A stretch of DNA of 45,845 nt from NCBI RefSeq assembly GCF_001194135.2, contig NC_068999.1:45325052-45370896 (forward strand), in the 5' to 3' direction. The notes below the pieces were generated by a model, which was not told the DNA's origin, searched no databases, and was given only the letters and a program-made list of their open reading frames with translations. This stretch comes from Octopus bimaculoides. Lineage: Eukaryota. Made by a program: the position numbers and the translations under genes. Position 1 is the first letter of the stretch; every line of letters begins with the position of its first letter. Of this stretch, positions 12,697 through 22,632 are shown piece by piece.

Positions 12697-13550
12697 ATAT
12701 CTCCTCGTCCGGTGTTCTTGTATGTGTTCATTGCTAAACATTAACGATTTCGAAATAAATTTAAGTTGAGAACAAAGACATTACGCACNNNNNNNNNNNN
12801 NNNNNNNNNNNNNNNNNNNNNNNNNNNNNNNNNNNNNNNNNNNNNNNNNNNNNNNNNNNNNNNNNNNNNNNNNNNNNNNNNNNNNNNNNNNNNNNNNNNN
12901 NNNNNNNNNNNNNNNNNNNNNNNNNNNNNNNNNNNNNNNNNNNNNNNNNNNNNNNNNNNNNNNNNNNNNNNNNNNNNNNNNNNNNNNNNNNNNNNNNNNN
13001 NNNNNNNNNNNNNNNNNNNNNNNNNNNNNNNNNNNNNNNNNNNNNNNNNNNNNNNNNNNNNNNNNNNNNNNNNNNNNNNNNNNNNNNNNNNNNNNNNNNN
13101 NNNNNNNNNNNNNATATATATATATATATATATATAAGCTTTTTATGGTGGAGTTCTCAAGTATTCCACCACGGAAAACGTAGCTCTGAAATTTTCAAAA
13201 GTCAGCTTGGAAGGCAGGTAGTAATTTGAAACTCCGCAAAAGGAAAAAAAAATGTTTAGCCATAATCTACACCCTCGAAAGCGTACGTGTATAAAATTTC
13301 ATTTAAAAATATGCATTTTAAAGGAAGTTATAATTTAACGAAGTTAGTGGGTGTGGTGTGTTAAAAAGTGAGACATTATTTGGTAAAGTTGAACATTAAA
13401 ATGTTTGATGGCTTAAATAAGCTAGAAATTCTTAATTATGAGCGAAATTACTAACCATTTATTACTTTCGGCGTTAATGCCGACAGCATCGAAAAAGGAC
13501 TGTCCAATTTGGTTTCCTCCTTGACCAATCTGCAAAAACACGCTGCACAT
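546..13550 (-). CDS. Zeta(eta)/delta-group tubulin, spliced and 3'-incomplete (pipelines would probably call it 'tubulin delta chain-like'). Exons 13550-13456, 10544-10446, 7876-7824, 7402-7324, [missing exon], 4072-3931, 3565-3395, 641-546
   Basis: All exons are GT-AG with compatible phases. Joined protein: [109 protein letters not shown]..[gap]..[127 protein letters not shown]. Tubulin motifs QxGQxGNQ, GNNWAxG, RKExE, YP, YN and ND occur in order. An in-frame TGA lies upstream of the ATG. Confidence 0.9.
1525..1875 (+). mobile_element. SINE family C (tRNA head plus CCTTTCATCCTTTCGGGGTCGATAAA core, possibly Meta-SINE-like): one full and one partial copy in tandem
   Basis: A/B boxes TGGCAGAA and GAGTTCAAATTCC; the core recurs at 1750 and 33420-34045, with a diverged copy near 38870. 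Confidence 0.75.
2640..3020 (-). mobile_element. 3' end of a non-LTR retrotransposon with restriction-like endonuclease (HERO-like), in a tubulin intron
   Basis: 2850-3020 translates as [56 protein letters not shown]. This resembles the PvEvgcRGF...aAEkAS C-terminus of RLE/HERO ORFs as I recall them. The 3' UTR extent is approximate. Confidence 0.6.
3395..3565 (-). CDS. Tubulin exon 7 ([14 protein letters not shown]...[26 protein letters not shown])
   Basis: 171 nt, acceptor atttcattccatag|, donor AG|GTACGT, phase 2-2. Confidence 0.9.
3931..4072 (-). CDS. Tubulin exon 6 ([47 protein letters not shown])
   Basis: 142 nt, acceptor tgttgcag|, donor AG|GTAAGT, phase 1-2. Confidence 0.92.
6955..7235 (+). 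mobile_element. Tc1/mariner-superfamily transposase 3' remnant
   Basis: [30 protein letters not shown] (PxSPDLxPxDF motif); a degenerate TIR-like end AAGAACACCCTAGA. Confidence 0.75.
7324..7402 (-). CDS. Tubulin exon 4 ([27 protein letters not shown])
   Basis: 79 nt, acceptor ccttcttcag|, donor CG|GTAATA, phase 1-2; corresponds to helix H3 (vRkexE). Confidence 0.88.
7405..7628. repeat. 17-bp minisatellite (GAAGAAGGTGACATAAC), about 13 degenerate copies
   Basis: Tandem units read directly from the sequence. Confidence 0.9.
7824..7876 (-). CDS. Tubulin exon 3 ([17 protein letters not shown])
   Basis: 53 nt, acceptor ctctctattttag|, donor G|GTGAGT, phase 2-1; GNNWA motif. Confidence 0.92.
8000..8135 (+). 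mobile_element. SINE-like family F (copies at about 1915-, 3090+, 23640-)
   Basis: GGTTTCAATTCCCAGAC..TTCTTGAGCAAGACACTTCACTTCACGTTGCTCCAGTCCACTCAGCTG. Confidence 0.7.
9230..9560. mobile_element. SINE-like family E (copies at about 4905, 7630, 21765, 23330)
   Basis: Recurring TTTTACTTGTTTCAGTCATTTGACTGCGGCCATGCTGGAGCAC..TTATTCTTTGTAAGCCTAGTACTTATTC..TTTGCCGAACCGCTAAGTTA. Confidence 0.75.
9601..9765 (-). mobile_element. SINE family A copy
   Basis: Near-consensus match to 11011-11158 on the reverse strand. Confidence 0.85.
10446..10544 (-). CDS. Tubulin exon 2 ([32 protein letters not shown])
   Basis: 99 nt, acceptor ttcctctttacag|, donor AG|GTGTGA, phase 2-2; the LRSINVDSE motif matches tubulin RAvxVDxEP. 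Confidence 0.85.
10605..11010. repeat. Long polypurine tract (GA/GGAA/AGAT units)
   Basis: About 400 nt almost free of pyrimidines on the + strand. Confidence 0.9.
11011..11158 (+). mobile_element. tRNA-derived SINE family A, well-preserved copy (other copies at about 668+, 5971-, 8415-, 8985+, 9601-, 11192-, 16032-, 21572+, 27610-, 32755-, 38527+)
   Basis: A-box TGGCTGTGTGG and B-box GGTTCAGTCCC; body GGCACCTTGGGCAA..GCCTTGTGAGTGGATTTGGTAGACGGAAAC repeated more than 10 times in the window. Confidence 0.85.
11192..11364 (-). mobile_element. SINE family A copy, inverted relative to 11011-11158
   Basis: Reverse complement of the same consensus. Confidence 0.85.
12282..12645. mobile_element. 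pogo/Tigger-like non-autonomous element (left end degraded)
   Basis: Ends CGAGGTATCACTG-TA; internal TACGAG repeats and GAACGGATTAAT..TTTCAATGGG resemble Tigger-like MITEs as I recall them. Confidence 0.55.
13456..13550 (-). CDS. Tubulin exon 1 ([31 protein letters not shown])
   Basis: 95 nt, ATG at 13550, donor TG|GTTAGT (phase 2); T1-loop motif [10 protein letters not shown]. Confidence 0.9.
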
Positions 13551-15973
13551 ATCCAAAGATTTAGGTTTAGGACAGAATTGGCGTCTTCGGAATATTCTTC
13601 ACAAAGTCTTTTTATTCTCAGAAATCAAACTTCTGTAAATCTCCGTGAACTGAAAAGCAAAAGGATGTTGAGGCAGAAGACTGATGATGCTATTGTTCCA
13701 CAGCAGGCATTTTTCTGATAGTTATGAGGAAACAAAGTCGACGACGTGGGACACACAAGAATCATGTTATTTAATTATCCCCTTATTTTTTTTAAGATAA
13801 TAGTAACTTGCAAGATATTTCGTTTCTATTTCTAGCAGGTTGAGTAACCCTGTACAGGCCTCTGTTTATAGCCAGGTGTATTAACAACCAAACACTCCTT
13901 GGGTGGGACAGTAGACAGACAAGTGAATAGATCGTATATATATCGTGGTTGTTTGGTTCCAACTCAACACTAATTAGATACAGCTTTATTCAACAACGTT
14001 CCAGTTGTGTCCACCACCTCTTTATTATTATCTCTCTCTCTCTCTCTTTCTCTCACTCTCTTCAAAATCAATTACATTATTTAATGCAAGCCGCCTTTCA
14101 AAGGTGTAAATTACGGAAGATTTGGTTGCTATTCCTAACAGATCGATTTACCGCCCAAATATTCCTTTATTATTATCAGTTCTAAATTGGTAATACGAAA
14201 TAAAACAATATTAACTTCGCACTATTTTAATTGTTGTTGTTATTATTTCTTTATTTACTAATTATTTACTAATTATTTTACCTGTATGTAATCCCGTACT
14301 GCAGCGCCCTGTACCGATCCAAAAGCTTTTTATCGACCTTCAGTGGTTAATCAAGGAAACATTGCTATTAAGCTCGCTTTGTGTTAGTTCGTTGTTCTTT
14401 TATATTTACAATGATCGTTATAATTATTGTGGTTTTATAAATTATTATTCTTGAGTAGATCGAAAGTGTGTTGTTTGTTGTTGATATGACAACGTTGTTA
14501 AGGTAGAGGAGGAGGAGGAGGAGGAGGAGAAGGAGGTGCTGGTGCTCGCAGGGCTTACGCGACACTCAGCAACTGTTACACGCCCGACCAGGAGCAGTGC
14601 CGTCTCAAGACATGGGCAAACTAAACGGATGCTCGGGTGCCTCACAGACCTAGGGGCCCAGTCCTGATCTGATCTTCCTCAAACGAAAACATAAACGGTA
14701 TTGTGACGCAATGAGTCACACACACACTCACATAGATAGATAGATAGATAGATAGATAGATGTTGTTGTTAGCACTCCGTCGGTTACACCGACGAGGGTT
14801 CCAGTTGATCCAATCAACGGAACAGCCTGCTCGTGAAATTAACGTGCAAGTGGCTGAGCACTCCACAGATGCGTGTACCCTTAACGTAGTTCTCAGGTAC
14901 ACGCATGATGATGATACAGTAATCCCAGGCCATATCGCGGTTTATCATTTAAGCTTACATTGATTTCTCTGTGGTGTTGTTTTGCATTTATAATAAAATA
15001 AATATATACAAATTATAAAAATAATTTTAAAAAATATACTGTACAGTACTGTTTCTACTTCGCAGATTTTCACCTATTGCAGGGGGTTTTGGAATGTAAC
15101 ACTTGCGATAATCAAGGGATTTCTGTACCAGTAATTATTTGGACTGTGGGCTTATGTTTAGTAGTGTGCTGATCAAAGCACTTTCCCTGTTTAGGCTACC
15201 TGATGTCATCCATGGTTATGATATAAGTGTCACTGGATCTATGTCAGGAATTCCACAGTGTTGGTTGAGTTTATNNNNNNNNNNNNNNNNNNNNNNNNNN
15301 NNNNNNNNNNNNNNNNNNNNNNNNNNNNNNNNNNNNNNNNNNNNNNNNNNNNNNNNNNNNNNNNNNNNNNNNNNNNNNNNNNNNNNNNNNNNNNNNNNNN
15401 NNNNNNNNNNNNNNNNNNNNNNNNNNNNNNNNNNNNNNNNNNNNNNNNNNNNNNNNNNNNNNNNNNNNNNNNNNNNNNNNNNNNNNNNNNNNNNNNNNNN
15501 NNNNNNNNNNNNNNNNNNNNNNNNNNNNNNNNNNNNNNNNNNNNNNNNNNNNNNNNNNNNNNNNNNNNNNNNNNNNNNNNNNNNNNNNNNNNNNNNNNNN
15601 NNNNNNNNNNNNNNNNNNNNNNNNNNNNNNNNNNNNNNNNNNNNNNNNNNNNNNNNNNNNNNNNNNNNNNNNNNNNNNNNNNNNNNNNNNNNNNNNNNNN
15701 NNNNNNNNNNNNNNNNNNNNNNNNNNNNNNNNNNNNNNNNNNNNNNNNNNNNNNNNNNNNNNNNNNNNNNNNNNNNNNNNNNNNNNNNNNNNNNNNNNNN
15801 NNNNNNNNNNNNNNNNNNNNNNNNNNNNNNNNNNNNNNNNNNNNNNNNNNNNNNNNNNNNNNNNNNNNNNNNNNNNNNNNNNNNNNNNNNNNNNNNNNNN
15901 NNNNNNNNNNNNNNNNNNNNNNNNNNNNNNNNNNNNNNNNNNNNNNNNNTATATATATATATATATACATGTG

Positions 15974-16016
<43 letters not shown>

Positions 16017-18121
16017 TTATATATATATATATGACAGGCTTCTTTCAGTTTCCGTCAGCCAAATTCATTCACAAGGCTTCAGTCGGTATGTGAGCTATAG
16101 TAAAAGACACTTACCCACAGTGCCATGCAGTGGGACTGAACTCAAGACCACACGGTTGGGAAGCAAGTTCCTTAACCACACAGCCATACCTGCACCTATG
16201 TATTATCAAAAATTCCTGAAGGAGATTTTTATCTTCTAAAGTATAGAATTGCCATAATTTGCAACAGTATTTTACAAAAGAGGCAAGAAAGTATCAATTA
16301 TTTATTGCAAATCAATTTTCCGCATTTATAAACTTAACGAACTGCCTATAATAAATAGCCGATAGAGTTATCGGAGTTGTATGTCTTTAAATTGCAGTTG
16401 CTGTTGAATATTATCACTTTATTGAACTTTGTATGGATGTTTCATATTAGTCAAACATACGATGGAATTGCATACTGGAGAGGAAATAATTAGACCAGTA
16501 CACCTAATTATGAGCCAATAATTGCTATAGATTTCAAACATAATCGATTGGAAAATATCCAGATAAATAATATAAGACAGGAAAAACATAGGAATTACTT
16601 TACGTTATTTAGAAGAAGAAAGATGAGATGAAAAACGAAATTATATTTGCAATAAAAATAGGAAAGTAGAAATATTGTTAGAATAGATAAAAAAATAAAT
16701 AAATAAAAGAAGAATTATAATTATTATTTGGTATGAATACTTATTTTTTAAGAGAATAAATACGGAGACAAATATATATATATTTATTATTCAATATAAA
16801 TATTTATCGGGAGTTAGCGTATGTGTTTATAACAATACAAGGCACCAACTGTCATCGTCATCATCATCACTGTCATCGTCACCATCATCACTGTCGTCGT
16901 TACCACCCACTGTCGTTGTCGTCATCATCATAATCATCATAATCACCATCACCACCACCACCATCATCATCATCATCACCACCACCACCACCATCATGAT
17001 CCTCATCACCACCACCATCATCAACACCACCACCACCACCACCATCATCATCATCACCACCACCACCATCATCAACACCACCATCACCACCNNNNNNNNN
17101 NNNNNNNNNNNNNNNNNNNNNNNNNNNNNNNNNNNNNNNNNNNNNNNNNNNNNNNNNNNNNNNNNNNNNNNNNNNNNNNNNNNNNNNNNNNNNNNNNNNN
17201 NNNNNNNNNNNNNNNNNNNNNNNNNNNNNNNNNNNNNNNNNNNNNNNNNNNNNNNNNNNNNNNNNNNNNNNNNNNNNNNNNNNNNNNNNNNNNNNNNNNN
17301 NNNNNNNNNNNNNNNNNNNNNNNNNNNNNNNNNNNNNNNNNNNNNNNNNNNNNNNNNNNNNNNNNNNNNNNNNNNNNNNNNNNNNNNNNNNNNNNNNNNN
17401 NNNNNNNNNNNNNNNNNNNNNNNNNNNNNNNNNNNNNNNNNNNNNNNNNNNNNNNNNNNNNNNNNNNNNNNNNNNNNNNNNNNNNNNNNNNNNNNNNNNN
17501 NNNNNNNNNNNNNNNNNNNNNNNNNNNNNNNNNNNNNNNNNNNNNNNNNNNNNNNNNNNNNNNNNNNNNNNNNNNNNNNNNNNNNNNNNNNNNNNNNNNN
17601 NNNNNNNNNNNNNNNNNNNNNNNNNNNNNNNNNNNNNNNNNNNNNNNNNNNNNNNNNNNNNNNNNNNNNNNNNNNNNNNNNNNNNNNNNNNNNNNNNNNN
17701 NNNNNNNNNNNNNNNNNNNNNNNNNNNNNNNNNNNNNNNNNNNNNNNNNNNNNNNNNNNNNNNNNNNNNNNNNNNNTATATATTGAACTTGGCCGTTGCC
17801 AGTACCACCTGATTGGCCCTCGTGCGGGTGACACGTAAAAGCACCCACTACACTCTCTGAGTGGTTGGCGTTAGGAAGGGCATCCAGCTGTAGAAACTCT
17901 GCCAAATCAGATTGGAGCCTGGTGTAGCCATCTGGTTTCATCAGTCCTCAGTCAAACCGTCCAACCCATGCTAGCATGGAAAGCGGACGTTAAAGGATGA
18001 TGATATATATATATATATGTACGCATTAAGGAACGCATGCAGGCAGACACTTCAATGAAGAAACATCTACAGAAGTTGCACAGAGGGAGGAATTTCGATT
18101 ATCCCCATAGATATATATAAT

Positions 18122-18165
<44 letters not shown>

Positions 18166-18895
18166 CGATTAAGGAAACAGAAGATGGATTTGGTATTAGT
18201 CTTTATTCCATACAACGATATATATAAATATACAGGTATGTTGACATAAAGAGGTAAAATAAAACTTAAAATATGAATGTATGTATATTTTTATTAATAT
18301 TTAGCAGAAGTAACAGAATGGCTCAGAGAGTTTGACCCTCTGTTACTTCTGCAAAATATCAATAAAAATATATGAAACAGCTGTAGTGAACTTTAGCCCA
18401 TCTGTGTTATTACTAATATAGATGATATATAGGAAAACAATATATTCCCGAGCGTCAAACTAATACATCCTTTTGTTGTTTACACCACCTGTCCTCGTTT
18501 GTTGTTGTTTGTTTTCGTACATTCTCCCATATATATATGTACATTTATATAAGTGCATATGTGTGTGTATGTGTGTGTGTGTGTATGAAGGGCTTCTTCC
18601 AGTTTCTGTCTGCTTATTTACAATTTTGCTTTAATAGAAAGTCAATTTAGGAAGTCTTGATTCTAGAGATTATCTCCCCTTCCTAACTGGAAGGGGAGAT
18701 AATTGTCAGTTGATAATTATGTTGCATTCTCTAGAGGTGGAGATAATTTTAATAAATCAAGAATTTATATATTGTACAGTATTTAGCACACATGTATTTG
18801 CCTAGCTTTTCAAATGCATGCCACTGACCACTTTGAGTTATCTCCCTTTGCTCGTTTCTTGTTTTTTTTTTTATAGTGTAGAGATATCTTAGGTC

Positions 18896-19719
18896 TTAGT
18901 TTCCCAGGTAATATTTCGTGAAAGTCATGAGATCAAGTATAACAATCAAAGCGAAAGGTGCAACTAATGTAACCACCCCGACATACCCTATGGCCTGAGC
19001 TGAAACCCTGTGGTCAGGAGCGCTTATCTTCTTCCTTTTATACTTAGACAATGATTTCGGATCAACTGTCAGTTCTTTAATTAATTGTCTAATCTTGGCT
19101 TCCTTTGACAGTGATGAAGAATTCATCAAACGACAGACACACGAACTGTTTTCCATGGAGGGAGCGCCATTCTCGATAACCTGTATCCATGGAATACACA
19201 GTTTGCTACTAGAAACCAATTCTTGGGTGGAAGACACAGGGGTATGGGAGAATGATTCTGAAATCCTATTTGTCGAAAGTACATAAGCAGAACTTAGTAT
19301 CCCTCCTAGTCTTGTTGTTGTTTGCTCCACTTGAAAGGATCCTAATGGGTTGGTGGAAGTTTCTGTGGTAAATAGCAGAGGTCTTGAAGTTTGAGACATA
19401 TCCGGTTCAGATGTTATTTGCATGTCTTGTGATGCTGTTAAGGAGATAACAGGGTTGTGTGCGAATGATCTTTTCAGTTCTTCTGATGCAGTCAGTGTTT
19501 GATGTTCATTCATTGATGGTGACGGATGTAGTTCGGTTGACGGATGTAGTATGGCTTGTGATTTTTGTCCCGAGGACTCAATCAAAGTTCTAGACGTTTG
19601 GTAAAAATAGGTGGGAGATGTTTGTACCATTTGTAATCCCAAAGAACTGGTCAATTCTATTGTTCTGCTGGTCATAACTGAAGAACTAGAGGATCTCAAA
19701 ACAGACGCACATTCTAGAT
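18896..19719 (-). CDS. PLAT-mucin gene exon 4 (S/T-rich stalk, CxC, juxtamembrane motif, TM, stop)
   Basis: Extends ORF 18896-19699 to the acceptor tttttctatttag| at 19719 (phase 1). Confidence 0.92.
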
Positions 19720-20069
19720 CTAAATAGAAAAATATAATTTAGAAAATATAATTTATGAAATATAATTATGAAATACAATTATGAAATATAATATAATAAT
19801 GCCAGTGCCCTCTGACTGGCTCCCTTGCCAGTGGCACATAAAAAGCACCATACAAATGTGATCGATATGCCAGGCCAGCCTGAATGGCTCCTGTACCAGT
19901 GGCATGTAAAAAGCACCCACTATACTCTTGGAGTGGTTGGCGTTAGGAAGAGCATCCAGCTGTAGAAACATTGCCAGATCAGATTGGAGCCTGGTGCAGC
20001 CGCTGGCTTTCCAGACCTCAGTCAAACCGTCCAACCCATGCCAGCATGGAAAACGGATGTTAAACGATA

Positions 20070-20112
<43 letters not shown>

Positions 20113-21717
20113 CAATTAAAATTTCAAAATTTCCAGTCAATATTTTTTCTGCATATTGATAATTTGGGTGATTCAAAGTTTAACTGGTACTCAAACATAA
20201 CAAATTGTTCTTAAATAAAACATCAATGTAATGTTTGAATTTAAATATGAAACATAAAAAAGCAGGTGGATTTAATATCACAAAAGCAGAGATGGTCTAA
20301 GGTGAGTCAATAACAAACAGATTGATACATGAAATCTCATTAGGACATAGTGAAAATCTTACCGCTTGCATTCCAAGAATAGCTCTCAGGAAACCAATTA
20401 TTGAACTGAAATCTACATATTCCGTTTGTAATCAGATTTGTAAGAATCATCTAAAACGAAAGAAAGACACAAATGAAATACTTTCTCTTTCATCTGCATA
20501 TTATTTGTGAAATTAAATATATCTATTAATTTTACAAAATGGTATGTATGTATGTATGTATGTTTGTATCTACTTATGTATGCATGTATGTATGCATTCA
20601 TGTATGTTATTCTTTAGTTCTATTTCAAAATTTCTTGTCCATAGTGAAAGAGCTGGTTTCTAATCTAGATCCAAGGCTCCTTTGTTGAAATTTCAAAAAC
20701 ATTAACTAGGTGCTTTTATGCGCCACTGACACGGGTGCCAGTTACATGACACTAGCATTAGCCACATTGCCTCCGTGAGGCCTGGCACTTAAATGGGGCT
20801 TTTTACATGCCACCAGTAAGGTGTCAGTTATGTGACACCAGCATCATCCATGACTAGAATTTCACTTGGCTTGACATGTCTCCTCAAGCACAACATATCA
20901 CCGAAGGCCTCAGTCAGTAGTCATTAACCTCATGAGACCCACTGGAAATTTTTAACAGAATCAGGGATGGTCTTGATTAGCTTGGTATCAAAAGAGTTAA
21001 ATGGTGTACATGACTATACAACACTTGAATACCTTCAGTTTTGTGGAGGCGCAATGGCCCAGTGGTTAGGGCAGCAGATCTGCAGTCGTAGGATCGCAGT
21101 TTTGATTCCATGACCGGGCGTTGTGAGTGTTTATTGAGCAAAAACACCTAAAAGCTCTACGAGGCTCCAGCAGGGGGGTGGTGAACCCTGCTGTATTCTT
21201 CCACCACAACTTTCTCTCACTCTTTCTTCCTGTTTCTGTTGTACCTGTAATTCAAAGGGGCCAGCCTTGTCACACTCTGTGTCATGCTGAATCTCCCTGA
21301 GAACTATGTCAAGGGTACACGTGTCTGTGGAGTGCTCAGCCACTTGCACATTAATTTCACGAGCAGACTATTCTGTTGATCGGATCAACTGGAACCCTCG
21401 ACATCGTAAGCGACCGAGTGCCACATTTACGTTTACCTTCAGTTTTGCCATACAAGTTTCAATGGTCAAGAATTTGCCAAATAACAACAGAACCAATTTT
21501 CGATTTTTTTCACTAATTCCAATGTTTCAGAACATCACTAAAACTAATAAGTAAAATGAAATAAAAAAACATAGGCGCTTGCTTCCCAATCACATGGTTC
21601 TGGGTTCAGTCCCACTGCATGGCACCTTGGGCCACCGTCTTCTACTATAGCCTTGGGCCGACCAAAGCCTTGTGAGTGGATTTGGTAGACAGAAACTGAA
21701 AGAAGCCTGTCATGTAT

Positions 21718-21756
<39 letters not shown>

Positions 21757-22601
21757 TACTTATGTCAGTGTCTTTGTGTCGCTGTTTGTCCCCTCCACCA
21801 TCGCTTGACAATTGATGTTGGTGTGCTTACTTCCCCGTAACTTAGCAGTTTGGCAAAAAGAGACCGATAGCATAAGTACTAGGCTTACAAAGAATAAGTC
21901 CCAGGGAGGAGATGGGGGTTGATTTCTTCAACTAAAACTCCTTAAGGTTGTGTTCCAGCATGGCCACAGTCAAATGAGTGAAATAAGTAATGGAATAAAG
22001 GAATAAAAGAATAAAACGATTAATAAAAATATGAAAAAGATTAATCCTAACCTTTTCCAAGAACCATTTATCTTGAGACTTATAAGACATTTTCACAAAT
22101 TGCAGATGGCCAAGAAATGGAGTTTCAAGTTGAAAAACATTAGTTTCCCCATTTTCAAAATCGTTACCAGGCCCATCTAAGTTATAGAGCTGTGAGTCTT
22201 GGATGTCTCCTTGCAACTGGAAATATACATTTCCGTCTGTTTTGGCATCTGCATGAGTCCCTGTGTTTACGGCAAGACTCCATTTCTCTGTAGACAACAC
22301 TGTAGAATAAAATGTGAAAACACTTAGTTCTTTGATATACACACAAACACAAACACACACACGTACACACAAACATACATATGCGCACACATACACACAA
22401 ACACTTGCACACACATACACACCACACATACACACTCACACACACGTACACACCCACACACAAACATACATACACATGCGCACACATACACATGTACACA
22501 CAAATGCACATACACAAACACACACACATACACACACAAACACACACCACACATACACAAACACACACATACATACACATGCACACACATACTCACATAA
22601 G

Positions 22602-22632
<31 letters not shown>

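Noticed and set aside
13720-13735. RFX X-box upstream of the tubulin ATG (GTTATGAGGAAAC)
   Set aside because: Only one half-site matches and the TSS is unknown; too weak to call even though ciliary genes often carry X-boxes
21042-21120. tRNA gene
   Set aside because: The tRNA-like A/B boxes continue into a SINE body seen elsewhere in the window, and there is no intact acceptor stem or Pol III terminator
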